DNA of 61,802 nucleotides, the filler included. It is 5 parts of 5 records of this genome, joined end to end, with 100 filler letters (N's around TTAATTAATTAA, not from the genome) between each part and the next. Parts side by side here need not be neighbours in the genome. Positions count along the whole stretch, not along the records: positions 44,140 to 56,026 come from SRR22947727_3955; positions 56,127 to 61,802 come from SRR22947727_3962; 3 more parts are not named here. The stretch is one strand, 5' to 3'. Position numbers and translations under genes: made by a program. Each line of letters starts with the position of its first letter. Position 1 is the first letter of the stretch. This document shows positions 49,176 through 58,502 of the stretch, piece by piece. The notes below the pieces were generated by a model, which was not told the DNA's origin, made no database searches, and worked only from the letters and a program-made list of their open reading frames with translations.

Positions 49176-50783
49176 GTGCGCGATTGGTTTAAAAACATAC
49201 TAACCAGACATGTTGGGTTGGTGAGTTTTACGGCTGCTGTTTGTGTGTTCACTTTGGCAGCATTTCAAGCGCCTTTGCTCTCCTATGCGTTGCGGTTCAG
49301 TGATCTGCATACGGTTGAGGGCTGGGTGCAAATCTTATCGTTGCAAGTGCTGCAATTTTGCCTTTTCGCCGCCCTTGCCTGCATTCTGGCTACCATTGCG
49401 CTTTGGCTGATGAAGACGGTGGTAGCAGTGTTGTTCATCGTTAATGCGGTTGCGCTCTATTTTATGCTGACCTACGGAATTGAAATTGATCGTACCATGG
49501 TCGGGAATATCTTAAACACTGACCAACGCGAAACCGCTGAGCTCTTGCATCTGTCGCTTTTGCCTTATGTGCTGTTTCTGGGAATAATTCCGGCTGTTGT
49601 GGTCTTAGCAATCAAAGTGCAGGCTCCCAAGCGCATTTGGCGCCTAGCCTTGGCGCTTGGGGCGATTGGCGTGTTGGCCGCATGGAGCATCGTAACCTCT
49701 TTCACAATGCTTTGGTATGACCGACATGCATCGCGCATGGGCAGTAAAATTCTGCCTTGGTCCTATGTTGTAAACGTCGCGCGGCACTTCAATCGCGTCG
49801 CTATGGACAACCGCGAACAAGTTCTATTGCCCGATGCATATTTTGTGACTGCGCCCTCAGCGCCTAAAGATGTTGTGGTCTTGGTCATTGGAGAAGCCGC
49901 CCGCGCAGACCGTTTTTCCGCTCTTGGATATGCGCGGCAGACAAACCCGTTTACTGCCCGCTATGATCTCGCGGTTTTCCCTGCTGGTCTGGCGTGTTCG
50001 ACGAATACTATTTCGTCTACAGCCTGTATCTTAACCCACGAAGGGCGCCACGCATCAGCGCGTACGGTCTTTGAGCCGCTCCCAAACTACCTCAAGCGCC
50101 AGGGCATTGCGACAATTTTTCGGTCCAACAACTTTGGTCCGCCGCCGATTGATGTGGACCTGTACCAAAATCGGGCTGACATTCTGGAGGCTTGTGCGGC
50201 TGCGCCTTGTCCCGAAGGCGGATCTGATGCGCTCTTGAATTGGCAATTGGGAGATTTGATTGAACAGGCACAGAGCGCGCGTGTTTTTGTGACCCTGCAC
50301 CAAACTGGCAGTCATGGCCCGGCATATTATAGCAAATATCCGAAGGAGTTTGAGTATTTTACCCCGGTCTGTGATACAGTTCAGGTGTCGCGCTGTTCGC
50401 AAGAGGCCTTGGACAACGCCTATGACAACACGATCCGCTATACGGACAGTCTGATTGCTGATTTGATCGCGCAGCTTGATGCCCTAGGCGATGTTAATGC
50501 GGCATTGATCTACGTGTCCGATCACGGTCAATCTCTGGGTGAAAACGGTTTTTATTTGCATGGTGCACCCAACGCAATTGCGCCTAAAGCGCAACGCGAA
50601 GTGCCGTTTTTTGTGTGGATGTCCGAGGGTTTTGCCCAAGCGCGCAACCTGACGCCTCAATCGATCCTTCGTCAGGAGACCCACCCCCATGACTTTCCAT
50701 TTCACAGTGTCATGGGCGCCTTCGGTTTGCGCAGTGAGATATACAAACCCGAGTTTGACATATTCAACAATTATGAGCAGTAG
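49176..50783 (+). CDS. eptA: Phosphoethanolamine transferase, EptA family copy 1 (Helicobacter-like subtype)
   Basis: About 5 TM + sulfatase-like domain: VIGEAAR, CSTNT, GSHGP, NAYDNTI, SDHGQSLGE..YLHG; GGAGA RBS before GTG 49176. Confidence 0.9.
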   Translation: MRDWFKNILTRHVGLVSFTAAVCVFTLAAFQAPLLSYALRFSDLHTVEGWVQILSLQVLQFCLFAALACILATIALWLMKTVVAVLFIVNAVALYFMLTYGIEIDRTMVGNILNTDQRETAELLHLSLLPYVLFLGIIPAVVVLAIKVQAPKRIWRLALALGAIGVLAAWSIVTSFTMLWYDRHASRMGSKILPWSYVVNVARHFNRVAMDNREQVLLPDAYFVTAPSAPKDVVVLVIGEAARADRFSALGYARQTNPFTARYDLAVFPAGLACSTNTISSTACILTHEGRHASARTVFEPLPNYLKRQGIATIFRSNNFGPPPIDVDLYQNRADILEACAAAPCPEGGSDALLNWQLGDLIEQAQSARVFVTLHQTGSHGPAYYSKYPKEFEYFTPVCDTVQVSRCSQEALDNAYDNTIRYTDSLIADLIAQLDALGDVNAALIYVSDHGQSLGENGFYLHGAPNAIAPKAQREVPFFVWMSEGFAQARNLTPQSILRQETHPHDFPFHSVMGAFGLRSEIYKPEFDIFNNYEQ

Positions 50784-51414
50784 GCAGCCTATGACATTCA
50801 AAGAACTTTTGTCCCAACCGCTAAAGGTTATCTACCGCCATACTGTGGTGATATGCATGGTGGTGTTGATCATTCTTGCGGCGACCTTCTATCCCAGCGA
50901 TATGAAAAACGATTATGCAGTCTCAAAAGGTGGGCATGAGCGACCCGCGATTGTGGCGTTTGAAGATTATGGGCGTCACATTAACACGCTTCTACCCTTT
51001 GTGCTCGCCCTGGTCTTGAAAGACAAAGAGGGCTGGAAGCAATTGGGCATGATAACGGTTGCCGGGATTTTGGCGTCACATGGTCCGAAGCGGCTACTCA
51101 ATGATGTTGAAATCATGGGCACGCGGTTGGGTCAAAGGCCCAATTCGACAACCAGCAAACATAATATGCCATCGGGGCATTCAACGCTTGCGGGGGCTTG
51201 CGCTTATTTTGTAATGCGCCGGTACAGTATTTGGTTTGGTGTCATTGTGATCCCGGTTTTGCTATTTACAATGTACGCGCGGGTTATGTTGGACAAGCAT
51301 ACGATTTCTGCTACAATATCGGGTGCTGGAACTGGACTTTTGGTGGCGGCATTGTTTTCGACAAAACTGTCTGGTTTTCGCCGTCAAATAGCGCGATTCT
51401 TTGGGGTCACATGA
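50773..51414 (+). CDS. lpxE: PAP2 phosphatase, lipid A 1-phosphatase LpxE-like
   Basis: PAP2 motifs K...RP, PSGH, R.....H (KRLLN..GQRP, NMPSGHS, ARVMLDKH); start overlaps eptA1. Confidence 0.75.
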   Translation: MSSRQPMTFKELLSQPLKVIYRHTVVICMVVLIILAATFYPSDMKNDYAVSKGGHERPAIVAFEDYGRHINTLLPFVLALVLKDKEGWKQLGMITVAGILASHGPKRLLNDVEIMGTRLGQRPNSTTSKHNMPSGHSTLAGACAYFVMRRYSIWFGVIVIPVLLFTMYARVMLDKHTISATISGAGTGLLVAALFSTKLSGFRRQIARFFGVT

Positions 51415-52154
51415 AATCTTCGTCTTCCGCTCCAAGAGAGCCACTTTCTAAGATGTTACCGAATATCGTAACGATTTTCGGCATTTGCGTTGGGTTGACG
51501 GCGGTGCGTTCTGCGCTGCAGGGCAACGTCAGCGTGGCATTGTATTTGTTGGTTCTGGCAATGATTTTGGATGCCGCCGATGGCCGGCTGGCGCGGGCTT
51601 TGAAAAGTGAGAGTAAAATTGGAGCCGAATTGGACACATTGGCCGATTTTTTCAATTTCGGGATCGCGACGCCTCTGGTAATCTATTTTACCATCTTTGT
51701 GGACTCGGATGCTGCGAGATTTGGGTGGATCGCAGTCATGATCTTTTCGATCTGCTGCGCCCTGCGCTTGGCGCGCTTTAATGTCAGCCAATCGGATGGG
51801 GCTAAATCGGTTGATTTTGTAGGAGTGCCTGCGCCCGCATTGGCCTGCTTGGGATTGTCGCCGCTGTTTTTGGTCATGGCCGGGGTGGATGTCGCTGGCC
51901 GTTATGTCGAGGTGGCCATCATATTTGTCGTGATCTGTGCGGGTCTTGCGGTGGGCACATTTCCAACCATGTCATTGAAGGGCACAACCTTCCCGGCCTC
52001 CATGCGGTTGCCGGTGATTTTGCTGGCGGTTGCCTTTGTGATTAGCCTGTTTGTTTTCCCTTGGTATACGCTTCTGTTTTCTAATGCTATTTACTTGGTG
52101 ATGATCCCCGTTTATTGGTTCTCAAAACGCGCAAAAACGGCCAAAAGGACTTAA
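51411..52154 (+). CDS. pssA: CDP-diacylglycerol--serine O-phosphatidyltransferase
   Basis: LPN.VT, DAADGRLAR..S.IGAELDTLAD...FG..P, LRLARFN, F.GVP.P; ATGA overlap. Confidence 0.9.
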   Translation: MKSSSSAPREPLSKMLPNIVTIFGICVGLTAVRSALQGNVSVALYLLVLAMILDAADGRLARALKSESKIGAELDTLADFFNFGIATPLVIYFTIFVDSDAARFGWIAVMIFSICCALRLARFNVSQSDGAKSVDFVGVPAPALACLGLSPLFLVMAGVDVAGRYVEVAIIFVVICAGLAVGTFPTMSLKGTTFPASMRLPVILLAVAFVISLFVFPWYTLLFSNAIYLVMIPVYWFSKRAKTAKRT

Positions 52155-52157
52155 GCA

Positions 52158-53768
52158 ATGATACCGATCAGGGCGATGCATCCTTTGATGCTGGTGGTCG
52201 TTGCTGTTGCAACGCTCTTTGCTATTTATAACCAGACGTTTTGGGGCCTATGGGCTGAAGTTTTCGAAGGCAATTATCCCAGTGGGTTGATGTTTGCGGC
52301 GGCATTCTTTTCTTTGTGTTGCGCTTTGCTCGGTGGACTGGCTTTTCGGTCGGTCCTGCGTCCGCTGATCGCGGGGCTTTTTGTGGTCTCTGCTGTGACG
52401 TCTTATTACATGGATGAGCTCGGGGTCGTGATTGACCGGGAAATGATCCAAAACGTCGTCAGCACAACCTGGACAGAAGGCAAACATCTCGTCACACCCC
52501 CCTTTGTTTTCTGGATTGTCATAGCGGGAATTGTGCCGGCACTCGTTGTGCTAGCGGTGCCGCTGTCACGGCGCAGGCTCTGGCGGACCCTATGGCAAAA
52601 TGCTTTGTTTTCGACGCTCTGCGTGATCGGATTTGTTGGGCTTTTGTTGAGTGATATGAAAGACTATGCGTCGATTTTGCGGAACCGCGGAGATCTAAAG
52701 GCAAGCTTTCAGCCCTTGGCCCCCGTGGTCGAATCCGTGCGCTTCGTGGCGATGCTCAGTCGATCTAGGACATTGCCCTTTGTCGCCATCGGCTTGGATG
52801 CGGTGCGGAAAAAGGCTGGCAATGTCTATGATCTTCCGACGGTGACCGTTGTGGTGGTGGGCGAGACCGCAAGGGCACAGAACTTTAGCCTTGGGGGATA
52901 CGGACGCGACACCAATCCCCGTTTGGCCGCAGAAGATATTTTGTATTTTGAGAACGTCTCCAGTTGTGGCACCTCAACGGCCGTCTCCCTTCCCTGCATG
53001 TTTTCGCGATACGGTCGAAGGGACTATTCGCATGAGCTAGGTGTTTCGCATGAGAATGTTTTGGACGTGATCCAACGCTCAGGGATGCGGGTGGAATGGA
53101 TTGAAAACAACACGGGTGACAAGGGGGTGGCGGCGCGCATTGGCTATAGGCAAGTCACCTATGCCGAAGATCCCGAGTTTTGCGGCGAAGGGGAATGTAT
53201 CGATGGCATTTTGGTCAAGGAAGTGGCGAAGCTTTTGCCAAAGATTGACCAAGACACCGTCCTTGTTTTGCATCAAATCGGCAGCCATGGGCCGTCTTAC
53301 TATCTGCGTTACCCGGAGGCTTTTGAGCGGTTCAAACCGGCCTGTCGCACTGCAAATTTCAGCGCCTGTACTCAGGAAGAGGTGGTCAACGCCTATGATA
53401 ATACCATTCTTTATACGGACAAAGTCTTGCAGGACTTGATCGCGCTGCTCTCAGCGCAAGACGATTTGGCCACCGCGATGCTTTATGTATCCGACCATGG
53501 AGAATCTTTGGGAGAAAATGGCCTCTATCTACATGGCACGCCCTATTTTATGGCCCCCGATGAACAAACCAAGGTCCCGATGCTGTTTTGGCAGTCACAG
53601 GCCTTTGCCGACAGCGTGGGGATTGATGATGGGTGTTTGAAATCGAAGGCCTCCGCTGCCTATTCCCACGATCATCTGTTTCATTCATTGTTGGGGCTGA
53701 CAGCTGTGGAGACCGCCGAGCGCAACCCTGAACTTGATATTTTTGCCGACTGTGGGAGAAACGGATGA
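52158..53768 (+). CDS. eptA: Phosphoethanolamine transferase, EptA family copy 2 (canonical EptA/MCR-like)
   Basis: VVGETAR, SCGTSTAVSLPCMFS, HQIGSHGP, NAYDNTI, SDHGESLGE..YLHG. Confidence 0.93.
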   Translation: MIPIRAMHPLMLVVVAVATLFAIYNQTFWGLWAEVFEGNYPSGLMFAAAFFSLCCALLGGLAFRSVLRPLIAGLFVVSAVTSYYMDELGVVIDREMIQNVVSTTWTEGKHLVTPPFVFWIVIAGIVPALVVLAVPLSRRRLWRTLWQNALFSTLCVIGFVGLLLSDMKDYASILRNRGDLKASFQPLAPVVESVRFVAMLSRSRTLPFVAIGLDAVRKKAGNVYDLPTVTVVVVGETARAQNFSLGGYGRDTNPRLAAEDILYFENVSSCGTSTAVSLPCMFSRYGRRDYSHELGVSHENVLDVIQRSGMRVEWIENNTGDKGVAARIGYRQVTYAEDPEFCGEGECIDGILVKEVAKLLPKIDQDTVLVLHQIGSHGPSYYLRYPEAFERFKPACRTANFSACTQEEVVNAYDNTILYTDKVLQDLIALLSAQDDLATAMLYVSDHGESLGENGLYLHGTPYFMAPDEQTKVPMLFWQSQAFADSVGIDDGCLKSKASAAYSHDHLFHSLLGLTAVETAERNPELDIFADCGRNG

Positions 53769-54154
53769 GCGATAAGCCACAAAAACCAGACAAAATTCAT
53801 GGCATTGCCCATTTGTTCGCTGCCGCGCGCTATTCTATGGCAGGGGGGCAGCGTCTTTGGGGGGAAACTGCGTTTCGCCATCAGCTTTTGGCAGGCCTAT
53901 GTATTGTTGCGATTTTGATTTGGATTGGGGCAGAAATGTCGCATATTGTCATGTCCATCATATTGGTCGGGCTCACGATTGCGGCCGAAGCGCTCAACAC
54001 GGCGATTGAAGAAATTGTCGATCTGGTGTCACCGGAGTGGTCACTTGCCGCAAAACATGCCAAAGACCTCGGGTCATTCGCGGTTTTCTCTATGCTTTGT
54101 CTGAATGGGATTTTTGCGCTTTTCGTGATCTTAACAACTTTGAATTGGATTTAA
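53765..54154 (+). CDS. dgkA: Diacylglycerol kinase
   Basis: [17 protein letters not shown]....AK.AKDLGS; 3 TM; ATGA overlap. Confidence 0.93.
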   Translation: MSDKPQKPDKIHGIAHLFAAARYSMAGGQRLWGETAFRHQLLAGLCIVAILIWIGAEMSHIVMSIILVGLTIAAEALNTAIEEIVDLVSPEWSLAAKHAKDLGSFAVFSMLCLNGIFALFVILTTLNWI

Positions 54155-54158
54155 TCTG

Positions 54159-54851
54159 ATGAATATGATGAAAGTCGTCGCTGTCCCGATGCACCCTGAA
54201 GGACGCAAATTTGTTGCGGTATTTGCCGCTGTGACGGCTGCGCTTTGGCTGGTCTGGGAGCCGCTATTTTGGCTTGGCTTAGGGTTGACCACTTGGTGCT
54301 ACTACTTTTTCCGCGATCCGGTGCGCTCTGTAGCTCAAAGACCGGGGCTTATCCTGTCCCCGGCTGATGGGGTGGTGTCTTTGATCACCAAGACCGTCCC
54401 GCCCGCGGATATGCAACTGGGCGATAAGCCTTTGACTCGCGTGTCTGTGTTCATGAATGTCTTCAACTGTCATGTGAACCGCGCACCCATTGCCGGCTCT
54501 GTGGTGGCGATTTGCTATCACCATGGCAAGTTTCTCAACGCATCTTTGGACAAGGCGAGCGAGCACAATGAGCGTAACTCCATCACCATTGAATCTGCTG
54601 ATAAAACTCGAATTGGGGTGACACAGATCGCCGGACTCGTGGCGCGCCGTATTGTCTGTTTTACAAAGGTGGGCGAGACCTTGGGCGTGGGCGAGCGGTT
54701 TGGCTTGATCCGTTTTGGCAGCCGTTTGGACATCTTCCTGCCCGAGGGCGTGGAGCCTGCTGTTGGTCTGGGACAGACAGCGGTGGCCGGTGAAACTATT
54801 TTGGCACGCTTGAACGTGCCCGCAGAAGACTGGCCCAGTAAACCGATTTAA
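54159..54851 (+). CDS. psd: Phosphatidylserine decarboxylase proenzyme (short type)
   Basis: [40 protein letters not shown] (GS autocleavage site). Confidence 0.94.
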   Translation: MNMMKVVAVPMHPEGRKFVAVFAAVTAALWLVWEPLFWLGLGLTTWCYYFFRDPVRSVAQRPGLILSPADGVVSLITKTVPPADMQLGDKPLTRVSVFMNVFNCHVNRAPIAGSVVAICYHHGKFLNASLDKASEHNERNSITIESADKTRIGVTQIAGLVARRIVCFTKVGETLGVGERFGLIRFGSRLDIFLPEGVEPAVGLGQTAVAGETILARLNVPAEDWPSKPI

Positions 54852-54962
54852 GCGGCCGGTACCTAGCGTGCCGGGATCAGAGCCGTGAACCTTTGCATTC
54901 CCCTTGCCAAAGCCCAGATATTTTTATTCACTGACGTGTGTTTCAATTAGCAGGTTTAAGCC

Positions 54963-56026
54963 ATGCGCTTTTCAGCTCTGAAAGTTCTCACCCAAGGGTT
55001 GACCGGTAACCGTGGTTGGCGGGCGCATTGGCGCGATCCTGAGCCGGCGGAGGCCTATGACATTGTGATCATTGGCGGCGGTGGGCATGGCCTATCAACA
55101 GCATACTACCTGGCAAAAGAACATGGGCTGAGGCGCATTGCCGTGCTGGAGAAAGGCTATATTGGTGGCGGCAATATTGGACGGAATACAACCATCGTTC
55201 GGGCCAATTACTTCTTGCCTGGGAACTCGGAATTTTATTCGCATTCCCTGAAGCTTTGGGAAGGGCTGGAGGCGGATCTCAATTACAATGTTATGCATTC
55301 CCAGCGTGGGCAAATTGGCCTGTTTCACAGCGATGGGCAAAGGGACGCGGCCATTCGCCGGGCCAATTCCATCCGAAACCAAGGCGATGATGCGGAGTTG
55401 TTGTCCGTGGCGCAACTGCGCAAGATGGTGCCTTACTTGGACTATGATCAGGGGCGCTTCCCTATTTATGGCGGCCTGTTGCAGCGGCGCGCGGGCACGG
55501 CGCGGCATGATGCGGTGGCCTGGGGCTATGCGCGCGGGGCCGATCAGCTTGGTGTGGATTTGATCCAAAATTGCGAGGTGACGGGCATCGACATCGTGCA
55601 GGGGGTGGTGCAAGGCGTACAAACCAGCCGCGGTGCCATACGCGCAAAGAAAGTGGCGATGGTGGTCGCGGGGCGCTCTAGCCAGGTGGCGGCCATGGCG
55701 GGCATGCGCCTTCCCATCGAAAGCCACGTGCTGCAGGCTTTTGTGACCGAGGGGCTGAAACCCTGTATTGATCATGTGATCAGCTTCGGCATGGGGCATT
55801 TTTATATCAGCCAATCGGACAAAGGCGGTTTGGTCTTTGGCGGGGATCTGGATATGTATGCCAGCTATGCTGCCCGCGGTAATCTGCCAATGGTGGAGCA
55901 TGTGGCGGAAGCTGGGATGACGCTTATGCCGATGATCGGCAAGGCGCGGATGCTGCGCAGCTGGGGCGGCATCATGGATATGACCCCCGATGGCTCACCC
56001 ATTATCGATAAAACCCATATTGAGGG
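54963..56026 (+). CDS. soxB: Sarcosine oxidase beta subunit (3' truncated)
   Basis: IGGGGHGL, GRNTTIVRANY, GTARHDAVAWGYA, SQSDKG, WGGIMDMTPDGSP. Confidence 0.94.
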
Positions 56027-56126
56027 NNNNNNNNNNNNNNNNNNNNNNNNNNNNNNNNNNNNNNNNNNNNTTAATTAATTAANNNNNNNNNNNNNNNNNN
56101 NNNNNNNNNNNNNNNNNNNNNNNNNN
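56027..56126. other. Artificial contig linker
   Basis: 44 N + TTAATTAATTAA + 44 N. Confidence 0.99.
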
Positions 56127-56969
56127 ACTAATTATATTAGTGCTTTAAATTTTCCTAACACTGATGATCCGTTGTATAAAAAGTTTTGGCCTGCCAATAT
56201 CCATATTATTGGTAAAGATATTTTGAGATTTCATTCAGTATATTGGCCTGCTTTTCTAATGGCAGCTAAAATACCTCTTCCATTAAAAGTATTTGGTCAT
56301 GGGTGGATTTTATCTGATGAAAAAAAAATGTCTAAGTCTCTGGGTAATATTTTAGACCCTTTAGAAATCATAGATAAATATGGAATTGATCAACTAAGAT
56401 ATTATTTATTGAAAGAAGTTTCGCTTGGAAATGATGGAAACGTTTCAATGGAAAATTTAAAAAATTGCATTAATAATGATTTAGCTAATAATTTTGGTAA
56501 TTTATGTCAAAGAGTTTTTTCTTTTATTGAAAAAAATTGTGAAGGCAAACTACCTAAACCAAGTAATTTAGCTGTAGAAGACATAAATCTTATTAATAAT
56601 TTAGTTAAAAAAGTTCCAGACTTAATTAATGATATGAACCGACAAGATTTAAATAATTATATTAAACAGGTTGTTGAATTTTCTTTTGAGGCAAATAAGT
56701 ACGTTAATGACTTACAACCTTGGGCATTAAAAAAAACAGATCTTAATAGAATGAATACCATTTTATTTTCTATTGTATTGCAAATTAAAAATATTAGTAT
56801 TTTATTGAGTCCAATTATTCCTATTAGCAGTAATAAAATATTAGATATTCTTAATCTTAAAAATGAAGATAGATTGATTAACTCTATAAGTGATAAAGAT
56901 TTATTTGATCATGAAAAACCCTTTCAAAAAACATCAATTCTTTTTAAAAAAATAGATGATGATAATTGA
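56127..56969 (+). CDS. metG: Methionine--tRNA ligase (5' truncated)
   Basis: HIIGKDILRFH..YWPA, HGW, KMSKSLGN, LANNFGNL; frame open from the contig edge. Confidence 0.95.
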   Translation, partial: TNYISALNFPNTDDPLYKKFWPANIHIIGKDILRFHSVYWPAFLMAAKIPLPLKVFGHGWILSDEKKMSKSLGNILDPLEIIDKYGIDQLRYYLLKEVSLGNDGNVSMENLKNCINNDLANNFGNLCQRVFSFIEKNCEGKLPKPSNLAVEDINLINNLVKKVPDLINDMNRQDLNNYIKQVVEFSFEANKYVNDLQPWALKKTDLNRMNTILFSIVLQIKNISILLSPIIPISSNKILDILNLKNEDRLINSISDKDLFDHEKPFQKTSILFKKIDDDN

Positions 56970-57735
56970 TTCCCATTGTCATCTTGAATACGAACCAATG
57001 GCTTCTAATTTAGAAGAAGTCATTAAAAGAGGTGAAAACAATAACGTTAAATTTTTTTTGAGTATTTCTACTACCGATGATAGCTATGAAAAAATATTAA
57101 AAATTGTAGCTAAGCACCCCTCTATTTACGGAACCTACGGCATTCATCCCCATGAAACAAAGGACTATTCAATGCTAACATCAAGCGAAATTATTAATAA
57201 AATTAATTCAAATAAAAAAATAATTGGCATTGGTGAAAGTGGACTAGATTTTTATTACAATCATTCCGATAAAGATATTCAAATAAAGATATTTAAAGAG
57301 CATATAAAAGCATCGCAAGAAACAGGTTTACCTTTAATTGTTCATACAAGATCAGCTGAACAAGAAACATTTGATATTTTAAAAAAAGAAAAAGAAAAAA
57401 AAGATTTTAAGATTTTAATCCATTGTTTTACAGGCTCACATCAATTTGCTCTAAAATTAATTGATTTAGGATGTTATATTTCCGCAAGTGGTGTAGTGAC
57501 ATTTAAGAACTCTAAATCTCTAGCTGATACTTTTTTAAATCTTCCAAATGATCGAATTTTAGTTGAGACAGATTCCCCATATTTATCTCCAGAACCACTT
57601 AGGGGCAAATCCAATGAACCCTCTCATATAATTCATACTATAAACTTCCTTGCAAATTTAAAAAAAATTAATTCAAACGAATTTGCAAATATTACAACTG
57701 ATAATTTTTTTAGATTATTTGGTAAATTAAATTGA
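56956..57735 (+). CDS. tatD: TatD family deoxyribonuclease
   Basis: DSHCH, GIHPH, IGESGLD, HTR, HCF, ETDSPYL. Confidence 0.94.
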   Translation: MMIIDSHCHLEYEPMASNLEEVIKRGENNNVKFFLSISTTDDSYEKILKIVAKHPSIYGTYGIHPHETKDYSMLTSSEIINKINSNKKIIGIGESGLDFYYNHSDKDIQIKIFKEHIKASQETGLPLIVHTRSAEQETFDILKKEKEKKDFKILIHCFTGSHQFALKLIDLGCYISASGVVTFKNSKSLADTFLNLPNDRILVETDSPYLSPEPLRGKSNEPSHIIHTINFLANLKKINSNEFANITTDNFFRLFGKLN

Positions 57736-58502
57736 AAAATAAATTTACCATACTTGGTTGTGGAAGTTCCCTTGGTTCTCCTTGGATAACTAATTATTGG
57801 GGAAAATCTAATTCTAATAATAAAAAAAATTTAAGAACAAGATGTTGTGCTCATTTTCAATATAAAGACATTTCTGTATTAATTGATACCTCACCGGATA
57901 TAAAACAACAAATTATTAGAAATAAAATTAAAAATATTGACGCTGTTATTTATACCCATGAACATGCCGACCAAACTTCTGGCATCTTTGAATTGAGACC
58001 TTATTTTTGGATAAATAAAAAGAAATTAGATATTTATGCAAGTAGTAAAACAATGAAAGAATTAAAAGAGAAGTATGATTTTGTTTTTAAAAAGAAACAC
58101 GGATATATACCCATAGGTAAAGCTAACGTAATCAAGGATAAATTTTTAATAAATAAGGGTAAAACAAAAATCCAAGTCGAAGCAATTGAAGTTCCCCATG
58201 GGTTAATTAAATCTACTGGGTTTATAATCAATAAAATTGCCTACTTAAGTGATTGTAGCTCAATACCAAGAAATGCAGAAAAATCATTAATAAATTTAAA
58301 CTACTTAATAATTGATTGCCTGAGATTTAAATACCATCCAGGTCACCTTAATCTAGATGGCGCGCTCGAAGTAGCAAAGAGGTTAAAACCAAAAATAACA
58401 ATTTTAACGAATCTACACGTTGATCTAGATTACAGTTTGCTTAAGAAAAAACTACCATCAAATATTATTCCAGCCTTTGATGGAATGAGTTTTACTTTTT
58501 AA
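57732..58502 (+). CDS. Metallo-beta-lactamase fold hydrolase (PhnP-like)
   Basis: LGCGSS.G.P, IDTSPD, THEHADQ, Y.SD, AFDG. Confidence 0.9.
   Translation: MKNKFTILGCGSSLGSPWITNYWGKSNSNNKKNLRTRCCAHFQYKDISVLIDTSPDIKQQIIRNKIKNIDAVIYTHEHADQTSGIFELRPYFWINKKKLDIYASSKTMKELKEKYDFVFKKKHGYIPIGKANVIKDKFLINKGKTKIQVEAIEVPHGLIKSTGFIINKIAYLSDCSSIPRNAEKSLINLNYLIIDCLRFKYHPGHLNLDGALEVAKRLKPKITILTNLHVDLDYSLLKKKLPSNIIPAFDGMSFTF

Noticed and set aside
49103-54881. GTGCCGCGACC / GTGCCGGGATC on either side of the lipid cassette as att sites
   Set aside because: Only 9 of 11 positions match in GC-rich DNA; too weak to call
55095-55901. 268-aa minus-strand ORF
   Set aside because: Antisense shadow of soxB
57732-58502. 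MBL-fold gene as a beta-lactamase
   Set aside because: metG-tatD-MBL is a conserved housekeeping trio; PhnP-like motifs; no signal peptide
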